DNA of 34,666 nt from a virus (lineage: Duplodnaviria > Heunggongvirae > Uroviricota > Caudoviricetes), in IMG/VR virus record IMGVR_UViG_3300045996_000470, positions 1 to 34,666 of that record, one strand, 5' to 3'. Below are positions 17,401 through 24,196 of this stretch, piece by piece. A program made the position numbers and the translations under genes. How positions within the stretch are numbered: position 1 is the stretch's first letter; each line of letters starts with the position of its first letter. Under the pieces are notes generated by a model, which was not told the origin of the DNA, made no database searches, and saw only the letters and a program-made list of their open reading frames with translations.

Positions 17401-18401
17401 TTGAGGCGTTGATAATAGGAGGGGGTAGCGGAGACGCCGTCCTTGCTGGACAATCTGGGGGACAAATCCTACACGGTGGAACTGATGCAGGAGACGACTT
17501 AACTTTACGCTCAACATCACATGCTACTAAAGGTTCTATTTTTATTGGAGCAGCATCAGCATATGACCATGTGAACGAGAGGCTGGGAGTGGGTACTCTC
17601 GCCCCAGTGTCCTCGTTGGAAATAATCTCGCCAATGAGTACCCAAGCTTTCAAGGCGACAGGAACTCAATTGACTCCTGCAAATGGGGCAGGAAGTGGAA
17701 CCACGGCTGGAAACTTTATGGCTATAACTGCACCGGCAGGTCAGGCATCGTCAAGCACGACGGGTAGTACCTTCGGAGGGCAGGGAGGACTGATAACAGT
17801 TAATGCGGGTGTTGGAGGAGCGCATTCTGGAATTCCAGCCTCTGGCTTTACTAGAGGAGGAGCAGGAGGTACTCTTACTTTTACGGGAGGTACGGGAGGA
17901 GCAAATACAGCAGGCAGTGGAGATAATAGAGGGGGCACAGGTGGAGGAGCCACTGTGTCGGGAGGAACGGGCGGTGCTACAAATGGTGCTGGAGCAGCAG
18001 GCAATGGCGGTGGTTTGACGTTATTCGCAGGAGGCGGAGGTAATGCTACCGCTGCGGGCGGTACAGCAGGAACAGGCGGTGTTGTGGCTATAAGCGGTGG
18101 AGCGGCTGGAGTGGCATCGGGCGGGGCTGCGGGTTCAACTCACGGTGGAATACGAATGGGAGACTTGGTCAACTTTAATTCTTTTATAGTTATAGGGCAC
18201 TCTACAATTACGATAGGATTCTTCGGAGCGGCGCCTGTAGTGCAACCCAACGGGACTGGAGAGACCACGGGATTTACGGCCGGCGCAGGAACGCCTGTGT
18301 TGGACGATTCAACTTTTACAGGAAACGTTGGAACTAAAGCGTATAGAATCTCTGATATTGTAAAAGCCCTTAAAAACCTAGGGTTGATAGCTTCCTCGTA
18401 A
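14427..18401 (+). CDS. Tail fibre / receptor-binding protein, 1324 aa
   Basis: DVGLGNVDNTSDANKPVS tail-fibre motif; GRVGINTVTP and RLGVGTLAP fibre motifs; four PDEAYG..W...PTKNA.YD repeats; Gly-rich C-terminal part. Confidence 0.85.
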   Translation: MAIYLTTQELRQGSLGFNLGLQFHMPGNYKPTIFDVWQVKIVCPDGTILFKTDDIGIDHKATIPTIFVPIVDYDLILAGTYYYQVSLITGGGLVNSSVESFEIEPSIQEQFEYSIISSNFGHFPIYTVGGALASSNLRVDENTALNYSGGGAVFNGQVTLADEAYDPVWNGKLEAATKNAIYDKFQSLTKADVGLGNVDNTSDANKPVSIAAQAALNLKSDLAGATFTGAVNVPDEAYGALWEANSSVPTKNSIYDLITSNAIVGKFLHAFDTTIDGQTSPWPVIAPSVIPERKMGFGRGGINPDGSGAIAHILVLNSGYGSAGELTDHYQAALAVAASPFTYAMRVLKARGDASTYGTAYANVVLNLNTEEPTTINYLPKWTALEGTRIGSSDVENVSLGVIRVHRSASVYSQIWCQTNGSTAFSIVGTGSPLFSFSHPVSIQTSVRINPGTFNPGTYSIDAWNGNAGPTPFVAGTYLGNMDGGTPRPPDPALILSRRGTPSIARDNYAEFKLVRYETTGGGAQHPRTRMDIALTHTETDSVGVDVMSLRSDGRVGINTVTPAYMLEVVAKSTTVSVLNASAFSSSGYNARYSVQTSGAAWSHWIEDGAFGADTNAFVWDSTVGGGGRVIFNHLGRLGLGLGYVPVLASIHARGTGDHLRLEYDGSNRMLLTVGSTGTVTLDAVGSGAGFVFSDSVTVPDEVYGVGWDGNLSVPTKNALYDLITATTYNFGPVGDIDLWYLDPAPWISGLESPVSISTGTTVYAVTDSFAGLELISELTGTGASKFYIGSLNNINVRGDHTNSWIYGFYSLANNRFATGSGTKIIGANIAAQVEAAAASVVGASIGAIRGNINSTPLITGLEVVAYNGYSNATELIAQKITIGGQSSPATVALGKALQIRAINSGGAHAWTELRGISLDTWTWGGTETCALSYGIYADATIDKGTTKYFIYSLSTSPSIFTGSISVPDAAYGAGWDGSLEVPTKNAVYDKIEALIIGGGSGDAVLAGQSGGQILHGGTDAGDDLTLRSTSHATKGSIFIGAASAYDHVNERLGVGTLAPVSSLEIISPMSTQAFKATGTQLTPANGAGSGTTAGNFMAITAPAGQASSSTTGSTFGGQGGLITVNAGVGGAHSGIPASGFTRGGAGGTLTFTGGTGGANTAGSGDNRGGTGGGATVSGGTGGATNGAGAAGNGGGLTLFAGGGGNATAAGGTAGTGGVVAISGGAAGVASGGAAGSTHGGIRMGDLVNFNSFIVIGHSTITIGFFGAAPVVQPNGTGETTGFTAGAGTPVLDDSTFTGNVGTKAYRISDIVKALKNLGLIASS

Positions 18402-18439
18402 GCACTAAACTTTTAGAACACAGGACTTGGTTCAACCTA

Positions 18440-18468
18440 TTGACTTAGTCATTAGTTTGTGTTAAAAT
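18440..18468 (+). promoter_or_regulatory. Sigma70-type promoter
   Basis: TTGACT-N17-TAAAAT; TTG start 6 nt downstream. Confidence 0.6.
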
Positions 18469-18474
18469 TAAAAA

Positions 18475-18927
18475 TTGAGCAGAATTATGAAATTACCTTA
18501 CAGACGATTATTGAACAGTATTACGGCGTTTAGAGAATTACAGGAGATTAAATTTCCTCCTAGAACTTCTCTGGATATTTATAAATTAGGTAAATCTTTG
18601 GACAAGGAACTTGAAACTTATCAAGCTATGCAGAGAGAGCTTTATAAGAGATACGAAGTTCCTGAGAAAGGGCAAGGCTACGACTTAGCTGCCCTTAAAG
18701 AAGACGAAGCTTCAAAATTAATAGCAGACATTGAAGAACTTATGGATGCAGAAGCGGACGTTAAGGAAATGGAAATCCCGTTGGAAATTTTCGAACAGAA
18801 CGGAGTTCCTATTTCTACTAATCTACTTGTAGCCCTTGACTGGCTCATTAAGATTGGGGATGAAAAAGAAGAAGCTTCTATCACAGAAGAAAAAGAAGAG
18901 AAAGCAGAAGCAGCAGTTAGTGATTAA
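18475..18927 (+). CDS. Putative tail-fibre-associated chaperone-like protein (DUF1617-like), 150 aa; start may be ATG 18487
   Basis: Helical acidic protein directly after the tail fibre; family call is by recollected resemblance only. Confidence 0.5.
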   Translation: MSRIMKLPYRRLLNSITAFRELQEIKFPPRTSLDIYKLGKSLDKELETYQAMQRELYKRYEVPEKGQGYDLAALKEDEASKLIADIEELMDAEADVKEMEIPLEIFEQNGVPISTNLLVALDWLIKIGDEKEEASITEEKEEKAEAAVSD

Positions 18928-18929
18928 GT

Positions 18930-19277
18930 ATGCCAAATATAGCAACGAGCATAATTCCACAAGGCAGTCATACCTTTAATTTGGGATTAACATTTGTAAT
19001 TCCGGGTTATGCCGATGTTTTATACCATGATTCAGGAGTTCCGGACACTTGGGAAGTTAGGGTTGTTACTCCGGAAGGGGTTTTATTAGTAAAAACCTCC
19101 GGAATTACATTTCCTACTCCGGAGGCACCACAAATCTTTTTTCCTATTACTACAGGAGACTTGGATAGAGCAGGAACCTATTATTATCAGGTTACTAAAA
19201 CAACTGGTGGTGCAAAGATTAAGTCCGAAGTTAGTATGTTTACAGTGGAGGAAAGCGTACCGTCGCTTGCATTTTAA
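18930..19277 (+). CDS. BppU-like beta-sandwich protein, paralogue of the tail-fibre N-terminus
   Basis: FNLGL.F..PG...W.V..V.P.G.LL.KT...DL..AGTYYYQV shared with aa 1-105 of 14427. Confidence 0.65.
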   Translation: MPNIATSIIPQGSHTFNLGLTFVIPGYADVLYHDSGVPDTWEVRVVTPEGVLLVKTSGITFPTPEAPQIFFPITTGDLDRAGTYYYQVTKTTGGAKIKSEVSMFTVEESVPSLAF

Positions 19278-19280
19278 GAT

Positions 19281-19643
19281 ATGCCATACCCAACAATGGA
19301 CATTGGGGCTAGCCCCACAGCAGGAAAAACAAATGCTTATATTCCTTTGCTTATAGAGGGTGTGGACTTATATCGTTGGCTAGTAGATACCGCTGGAACA
19401 TTCACCGGAAAGCTAAAAGGGACTTTAATTAAACCCGATGCCTCTACGGTTAGCAAGGTTTGGGCAGCTTCTGATTCTCCTATTCTTCTAATGAATACGG
19501 AGCCTAAGTATATAAAGGTACTTTTAGAGACAACAGATATAGCAGCAGCAGGGACGTACCAATTCGTTGCGGAGTTTAAACAAGCAGATGGTTGGCTTGT
19601 AGCGCCTCCGGTATCGTTCACAGTGATAACAGCAACAGTTTAA
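19281..19643 (+). CDS. BppU-like beta-sandwich protein, 120 aa
   Basis: LIKPD...TTDIAAAGTYQF...F.V motif similar to the neighbouring gene. Confidence 0.55.
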   Translation: MPYPTMDIGASPTAGKTNAYIPLLIEGVDLYRWLVDTAGTFTGKLKGTLIKPDASTVSKVWAASDSPILLMNTEPKYIKVLLETTDIAAAGTYQFVAEFKQADGWLVAPPVSFTVITATV

Positions 19644-19673
19644 TGTCAGTGACCACTAGAGATTCATAATAAG

Positions 19674-19702
19674 TTGACTTTTATGAATCATTATGGTAAA
19701 CT
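19674..19702 (+). promoter_or_regulatory. Promoter of HNH cassette (leaderless), -35 box inside an inverted repeat
   Basis: TTGACT-N17-TAAACT; GATTCATAA/TTATGAATC arms at 19661-19669 and 19681-19689. Confidence 0.6.
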
Positions 19703-19708
19703 GTTGAA

Positions 19709-20146
19709 ATGAAACACTGCTACAGATGCAAAAAAGATAAGCCTCTAGAAGATTTTGGCGACCACCGTAAAAGGAAGGACGGTAAACAGACTCAATGCAA
19801 GGCGTGTAGAAGACAAAGACAGAAAGATTGGTATAAAAATAATGCCAAAGTTCAGTATCAAAGAACGAGGGAAGGAAAAACCACTTCTATACGAAAAGCT
19901 AGGGAATTTGTTACAAGGTTTTTAAAGAAAAATCCTTGCGTAGATTGCGGAGAAAAGGATTACGTTGTTTTAGAGTTCGACCACTTAGAACCTAGCTTGA
20001 AATTTAAGGAAATTTCTCATATGGTTCATGTTGGCTATGGCATAGAGTCTATTGAAAAAGAGATATCCAAATGTCAAGTGCTTTGTGCTAATTGCCATAG
20101 AAGAAAGACTGCAAAACAATTTAATTGGTATAAAGCAACCAATTGA
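19709..20146 (+). CDS. Free-standing HNH homing-type endonuclease, 145 aa
   Basis: N-terminal CxxC...CxxC; CVDCGE...LEFDH...CQVLCANCHRRKT; TGA stop overlaps the first bases of tRNA-CAT. Confidence 0.85.
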   Translation: MKHCYRCKKDKPLEDFGDHRKRKDGKQTQCKACRRQRQKDWYKNNAKVQYQRTREGKTTSIRKAREFVTRFLKKNPCVDCGEKDYVVLEFDHLEPSLKFKEISHMVHVGYGIESIEKEISKCQVLCANCHRRKTAKQFNWYKATN

Positions 20147-20226
20147 CAGTGACCACAGGTAACGAAAGTGGAGCAGAGTCTCATAAACTCTAGCGGGCAG
20201 AGGTTCAACTCCTCCCACTGTCACCA
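20145..20226 (+). tRNA. tRNA-CAT (elongator Met or lysidine-type Ile2)
   Basis: GACAGTG/CACTGTC, A73, CCA; AGAGT-CTCATAA-ACTCT; G1-C72 pair, so not an initiator. Confidence 0.8.
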
Positions 20227-20233
20227 ATTTTAT

Positions 20234-20575
20234 ATGACTACAGCCCAAAAGAAAAGAGCTTTACGGGCACAAATTCGTGCTAAGAAAGCTATCAAATTTA
20301 CCTACCAACATGACCCAAAAGGTTCTGACCCTAGAACTGGGAATCCACATACATTAGGAATATCTACAACGGAAAAATGGGCTGTTAGAATCTATCAAAC
20401 AAATGGCCCTAGTACGAGGGGTCTAGTCGGTAACAATTCTCCTGAAGATTTTAGGTTTTTTTTGTTGGAAGACATTGATGGTATTGTTGAACAATCCACA
20501 GAATTTGAAGTGCATCCTGCGTTTAAGAAGGGAGATAAACTATTTTCCAAGATTGATGTAGAAGTGCAAAAATGA
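20234..20575 (+). CDS. Stand-alone WYL-like domain protein, 113 aa
   Basis: IKFTY...R..NPH.LG.....WAVRIYQ.....FRFFLLEDI pattern; start moved to the ATG after the tRNA. Confidence 0.6.
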   Translation: MTTAQKKRALRAQIRAKKAIKFTYQHDPKGSDPRTGNPHTLGISTTEKWAVRIYQTNGPSTRGLVGNNSPEDFRFFLLEDIDGIVEQSTEFEVHPAFKKGDKLFSKIDVEVQK

Positions 20576-20600
20576 TTTTCTGAATATAACAGGGGTTTCA

Positions 20601-20987
20601 ATGCAAAATAACATATTCGTTTTCGGGTCAAATACCGCAGGGCGTCACGGAGCAGGTGCTGCCCGCCGCGCACGTTTAGCTTACGGCGCTAAGTATGGGC
20701 AAGGAAAGGGATTACAGGGACGGTCTTATGCTATTCCTACTAAAGATAGTTCTTTGAAAACATTACCTATTGGCAAAATTTCCTCTTATATAAAAGAGTT
20801 TAAGGAATTTGTTGCGCTAAATCCTGACAAAGAGTTCTATGTAACAGCTATAGGAACTGGGCTTGCAGGACTTAGTCACGAACAAATAGCTCCATTGTTT
20901 GAGAATTCTCCTCTAAATTGTGTGTTTCCTAAGACTTGGGAAACATATTTGGGAGCTAAGTATCGGTACTTTACCGAAAATCTATAG
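20601..20987 (+). CDS. A1S_2505-family (macro-like) phage non-structural protein
   Basis: IFVFGSNTAGRHGAGAA..A...YGA.YGQG.GLQGRSYAIPTK...FYVTAIGTGLAG motif. Confidence 0.8.
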   Translation: MQNNIFVFGSNTAGRHGAGAARRARLAYGAKYGQGKGLQGRSYAIPTKDSSLKTLPIGKISSYIKEFKEFVALNPDKEFYVTAIGTGLAGLSHEQIAPLFENSPLNCVFPKTWETYLGAKYRYFTENL

Positions 20988-21004
20988 GAAGTGAGGTTAA
21001 TAAA

Positions 21005-21571
21005 ATGAGAAAATTTAGAAATATTGTGATGATGTTTGCACTCATCTTAGCGGTTTCGTTGTCGGGTTGTGGGGATGATTCCCCCAAGATGCCGGGGAAT
21101 ACGGTATACACTCCCCACCCAATACCAACTGTGACCCCCTTTGTTCCTCAATCAGTAGCAGGGAAAATTAATATACAGTCCCCCGTTGTGTTAGACTCCT
21201 CTACAATTGAAGGTATGAACGCTGCCTTCACACAGCTTTTTTCGGAAGCCAAGTCCAGAGGTTACACCAAGTACGTAGGTCATTCGGATTACACTGTCAT
21301 AGTGAGAAATGATTGCCAATTAATTAACGGAACAATGGCTTGGAAGGAATACGTCCCTGATTATGGAGAGATTTGGCAAGCGGAACAGGTCAGGATATCT
21401 AGCAACAAAGTTCAGACTTTTCAAATATGTAAAGATGTTTCTCAGAATATGAGCAACACTACTAGATATGGTGCAGAGCATATCATTCTGTACTTTAACA
21501 ATAGACCGGAGTTTGAAAGAACTAAGATTCACACAGATGCTCCGGAGACTTGGCATCCTATCATCAGGTAG
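21005..21571 (+). CDS. Putative lipoprotein, 188 aa (TAG stop)
   Basis: LAVSLSG-C lipobox followed by a Pro/Thr-rich linker. Confidence 0.75.
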   Translation: MRKFRNIVMMFALILAVSLSGCGDDSPKMPGNTVYTPHPIPTVTPFVPQSVAGKINIQSPVVLDSSTIEGMNAAFTQLFSEAKSRGYTKYVGHSDYTVIVRNDCQLINGTMAWKEYVPDYGEIWQAEQVRISSNKVQTFQICKDVSQNMSNTTRYGAEHIILYFNNRPEFERTKIHTDAPETWHPIIR

Positions 21572-21576
21572 GGTGC

Positions 21577-21699
21577 TTGACAAATAGCGGGGGTTAGTGT
21601 ATACTCTTAATATGATTTTAACAGTGAATACAGTTTAACCCTTGCAAGTAGTCTGACGGTGACGACACCCTAGGACTATGTTCTGGGGCGTTTTTATTT
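21577..21699 (+). promoter_or_regulatory. Candidate ribosome-mediated attenuator 1
   Basis: TTGACA-N17-TATACT; leaderless ORF MILTVNTV*; alternative hairpins TAGTCT/AGGACTA versus CCCTAGGAC/GTTCTGGGG plus T-tract. Confidence 0.65.
21612..21638 (+). CDS. Putative leader peptide MILTVNTV
   Basis: ATG at the predicted +1; codons ATT TTA ACA GTG AAT ACA GTT TAA. Confidence 0.55.
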   Translation: MILTVNTV

Positions 21700-21933
21700 A
21701 TGCTGGAATTACTAATAGACGAAGAAGATTATTTGATAAACATAAAACAGCTTAAAGACTTTGCAGAAAGTCAGGGAATTCCCTTTGATGGTTCTTCTCG
21801 AAAAGTTGTTGAAGTAGCATTAACAATGATGATTGCCACAGAGCTAGATGCCGATGCAGTTGTAATGCTAGGAAAATTGATTTATAATGTAGGTTACAGG
21901 GACAATAATTTTAAGACTCTGAACATACACTAA
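21700..21933 (+). CDS. Hypothetical protein, 77 aa
   Basis: ORF track; starts right after the terminator T-tract. Confidence 0.65.
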   Translation: MLELLIDEEDYLINIKQLKDFAESQGIPFDGSSRKVVEVALTMMIATELDADAVVMLGKLIYNVGYRDNNFKTLNIH

Positions 21934-21938
21934 GAAAT

Positions 21939-22025
21939 GCCTGTGTTCCTCGTGTTGGCTAGAGGCACTGTCTTGTAAGCAGTCGAGCGAAAGCGTCGGG
22001 GGTTCGATTCCCCTCTCAGGCTCCA
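21939..22025 (+). tRNA. tRNA-Thr(TGT) with GCGAAAGC variable-arm hairpin
   Basis: GCCTGTG/CTCAGGC; ACTGT-CTTGTAA-GCAGT; GGTTCGATTCC; CCA. Confidence 0.8.
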
Positions 22026-22032
22026 GATTTAT

Positions 22033-22110
22033 TCAAGCGGAGCACGTAAGTATGTTGCGGCAGTCTGTTAAACTGCGTCGAAGGTGGAGCGTTACCACTC
22101 GCTTGAGCCA
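22033..22110 (+). tRNA. tRNA-Asn(GTT) with AGCGTTA T-loop
   Basis: TCAAGCG/CGCTTGA, G73, CCA; GCAGT-CTGTTAA-ACTGC. Confidence 0.8.
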
Positions 22111-22128
22111 TTACAGTATGGTTATAAC

Positions 22129-22158
22129 TTGCAATGTTATAGCCATATTTGTTATACT
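22129..22158 (+). promoter_or_regulatory. Promoter of HNH cassette (leaderless), -35 box inside an inverted repeat
   Basis: TTGCAA-N18-TATACT; TATGGTTATAAC/GTTATAGCCATA arms at 22117-22128 and 22136-22147. Confidence 0.6.
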
Positions 22159-22164
22159 ATCTAA

Positions 22165-22521
22165 ATGCTAAAAGAAAAGTATGTAGATAGAACATGTAGA
22201 ACTCACGGTCTTACGGAATACGTTTTAGATTATCGTAATTCTTACCGATGCAAAAAATGTAGAGTAGATGCAGTAACGAAGAGACGAAGAGTTCTTAAAC
22301 TTAAGGCAGTTGAGTATAAAGGTGGAAAATGTCAGAGATGTGGTTATAGTAAGTGCGTCCAAGCCTTACAGTTTCATCATACAGACGATAACAAAGAGTT
22401 TACTATTGCCAGAAAGGGAGTTACTCGTTCTTGGGAAAAAGTAAAAAAAGAAATTGATAAGTGTATGCTAGTGTGTGCTAATTGTCACGCAGAAATACAC
22501 GCAGAAAAATATAATGTTTAA
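22165..22521 (+). CDS. Free-standing HNH homing-type endonuclease, 118 aa
   Basis: CQRCGY.KC..ALQFHH...CMLVCANCHAEIH; stop abuts tRNA-Val. Confidence 0.88.
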   Translation: MLKEKYVDRTCRTHGLTEYVLDYRNSYRCKKCRVDAVTKRRRVLKLKAVEYKGGKCQRCGYSKCVQALQFHHTDDNKEFTIARKGVTRSWEKVKKEIDKCMLVCANCHAEIHAEKYNV

Positions 22522-22598
22522 GCGCTTCGGACTGTGGCTGGCTAACAATCTCGTTTACACCGAGAAAATGCGGGGTTCGATTCCTCGGAGGCGCACCA
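22522..22598 (+). tRNA. tRNA-Val(TAC)
   Basis: GCGCTTC/GAGGCGC, A73, CCA; TCTCG-TTTACAC-CGAGA. Confidence 0.85.
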
Positions 22599-22617
22599 AC
22601 TTTAGGAGGATAAAGTT

Positions 22618-22719
22618 ATGGCGATAAGAGATATAGCAAAAGCAGGCGCACTTACTTGGCTTTTGGGTGGAGGGTTCTTGATGTTCCTTCTCATCATGTT
22701 GTTCATGTACGGTTGTTAA
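22618..22719 (+). CDS. Small single-pass membrane protein, 33 aa
   Basis: AGGAGG SD; MAIRDIAKAGALTWLLGGGFLMFLLIMLFMYGC*. Confidence 0.65.
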   Translation: MAIRDIAKAGALTWLLGGGFLMFLLIMLFMYGC

Positions 22720-22725
22720 GTTTAT

Positions 22726-22801
22726 TCCAGTGTGGGCTAATTGGTAAGTCGGGAGATTGTTAATCTCTACGATTTCGGTTCAAATCCGAACGCTGGAGCC
22801 A
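22726..22801 (+). tRNA. tRNA-Asn(GTT), canonical
   Basis: TCCAGTG/CGCTGGA, G73, CCA; GGAGA-TTGTTAA-TCTCT; GGTTCAAATCC. Confidence 0.9.
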
Positions 22802-22808
22802 GTTTTAT

Positions 22809-22858
22809 TCGGTGAAATATTAACTTCTATTTAGGTGTAAGTCCTAAACGCCGAGCCA
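22809..22858 (+). other. tRNA-like minihelix (acceptor stem plus T-arm plus G-CCA, with no D or anticodon arm)
   Basis: TCGGTG/CGCCGA-G-CCA; TTTAGG-TGTAAGT-CCTAAA. Confidence 0.5.
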
Positions 22859-22900
22859 GTTTATAAAAAAATGTTATAATGTTCGTGGAGGATTTTATCC

Positions 22901-23347
22901 ATGAACAAAGCAGATAATTATGTTTCTCTTAAGGAACATGTGGCGGCTTTAAGAAAAGCTGACCATCAATGGTTAGTGGAACGTGACCGAAGGTATGCAG
23001 CAGAGCGTGCAGCCGATGCCGCAGCTCTTGCAATTAAAGAGTTGGCAGACAAAGAGGCTCGTGGTTTAGCGAGGGATATTCAAACTTATAAAGACGAAAA
23101 AGCTAACGAACTTCGTGAGCAAATTAGTAGCGAAAGAGGACTGTACTCTACGAAAAGCGATATGATAGCCGCAGTAGAAAAATTTGAGACAGCCTTAAAG
23201 CCTTTAAATGCTTTTATTGCAGGAGAACAGGCTCGGGCAGCAGGAGCAAATTTTTGGTGGTTTATTATATTCGGTTTGATTGCTGCTACAGGAACATTCA
23301 TAGCTATTACCGCTGCTGTCATCGGTCTAGTAATGTATTTAACATAA
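22901..23347 (+). CDS. Coiled-coil protein with C-terminal transmembrane helix, 148 aa
   Basis: GGAGG SD; hydrophobic C-terminus FWWFIIFGLIAATGTFIAITAAVIGLVMYLT. Confidence 0.75.
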   Translation: MNKADNYVSLKEHVAALRKADHQWLVERDRRYAAERAADAAALAIKELADKEARGLARDIQTYKDEKANELREQISSERGLYSTKSDMIAAVEKFETALKPLNAFIAGEQARAAGANFWWFIIFGLIAATGTFIAITAAVIGLVMYLT

Positions 23348-23359
23348 TTGGAGGAAGTT

Positions 23360-23488
23360 ATGAAACTGTTTGCTACTTCTAAAAAGAAATCTAAGACCAA
23401 GAAAAAGAAGGGAACTTCCAAAGCTAAAACTAGCAAGTCTTCGAAGAGAAAGAAGAGAACCAAAAAGAAAGTGAAGTGGGGGTACTAA
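23360..23488 (+). CDS. Very basic Lys-rich microprotein, 42 aa
   Basis: GGAGG SD; MKLFATSKKKSKTKKKKGTSKAKTSKSSKRKKRTKKKVKWGY*. Confidence 0.65.
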   Translation: MKLFATSKKKSKTKKKKGTSKAKTSKSSKRKKRTKKKVKWGY

Positions 23489-23490
23489 CC

Positions 23491-23649
23491 ATGCCTTTAA
23501 CTAAGAAAGGAAAGAAAATTAAACGTGCTATGCAGAAACAGTATGGCAAGAAGAAAGGATTAAAAGTTTTCTACGCTTCTAGGAATGCCGGTAAAATCAA
23601 AGGTGTTGAAAAGAAAAGTAGGAAGAAGAAAGGTAGGAAAAAGAAATGA
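23491..23649 (+). CDS. Very basic Lys-rich microprotein, 52 aa
   Basis: MPLTKKGKKIKRAMQKQYGKKKGLKVFYASRNAGKIKGVEKKSRKKKGRKKK*; ATGA overlap with the next gene. Confidence 0.7.
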   Translation: MPLTKKGKKIKRAMQKQYGKKKGLKVFYASRNAGKIKGVEKKSRKKKGRKKK

Positions 23650-23834
23650 GAATAAGTAATCAACTTAGAGACGTAGATAGACACTACCTAAACAATTTAA
23701 TCGTCAGTGGACTCGGAGAAATTCCGGACAAGGATGGTAAGGTATCCTCTAGAGCTACGCATAAATTTGTGCTCGAAAAGGGGTTTATTGTTGCGGCAAT
23801 AAAGATAATGAAAAAAGAGGGACATAAAAAATGA
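23646..23834 (+). CDS. Hypothetical protein, 62 aa
   Basis: ORF track; ATGA overlaps at both ends. Confidence 0.65.
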   Translation: MRISNQLRDVDRHYLNNLIVSGLGEIPDKDGKVSSRATHKFVLEKGFIVAAIKIMKKEGHKK

Positions 23835-24178
23835 CTTTAGCACTCGTGTTCATATTATTGGCTGCTGCCGTAGGCACAGCATTAGGAGTAGAAACTTTAG
23901 TAATGGCTGTACTTGGAGCATTCGGAACGATAATAGTTCAAGGAATCAAGAAATACAGCGGGGCAAACGGAAACAGGGCACTAAACATTACGGTTGGTGT
24001 GTCCGTGGGACTAGCGCTTATGGGAGCATTTGCAACAAAGGCTTTCACAGGAGCAGATGGAGTAACTAATTGGGCTAGCATACTTAACGGAGCATTCGTG
24101 GTATTTGGCGTGGCGACTCTAGCATACAAGTACTTGCTTTCAAAGGACACAGAAATAGTTTCTGAGCCGCCTGTTTAA
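23831..24178 (+). CDS. Small multi-pass membrane protein (holin-like), 115 aa
   Basis: 3-4 hydrophobic helices; function inferred only. Confidence 0.6.
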   Translation: MTLALVFILLAAAVGTALGVETLVMAVLGAFGTIIVQGIKKYSGANGNRALNITVGVSVGLALMGAFATKAFTGADGVTNWASILNGAFVVFGVATLAYKYLLSKDTEIVSEPPV

Positions 24179-24196
24179 CTTCAGGTTTGAGGGTAC

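Noticed and set aside
8789-21571. Host assignment from the style of the secreted proteins
   Set aside because: An impression only; cannot be supported without database searches or CRISPR-spacer matches
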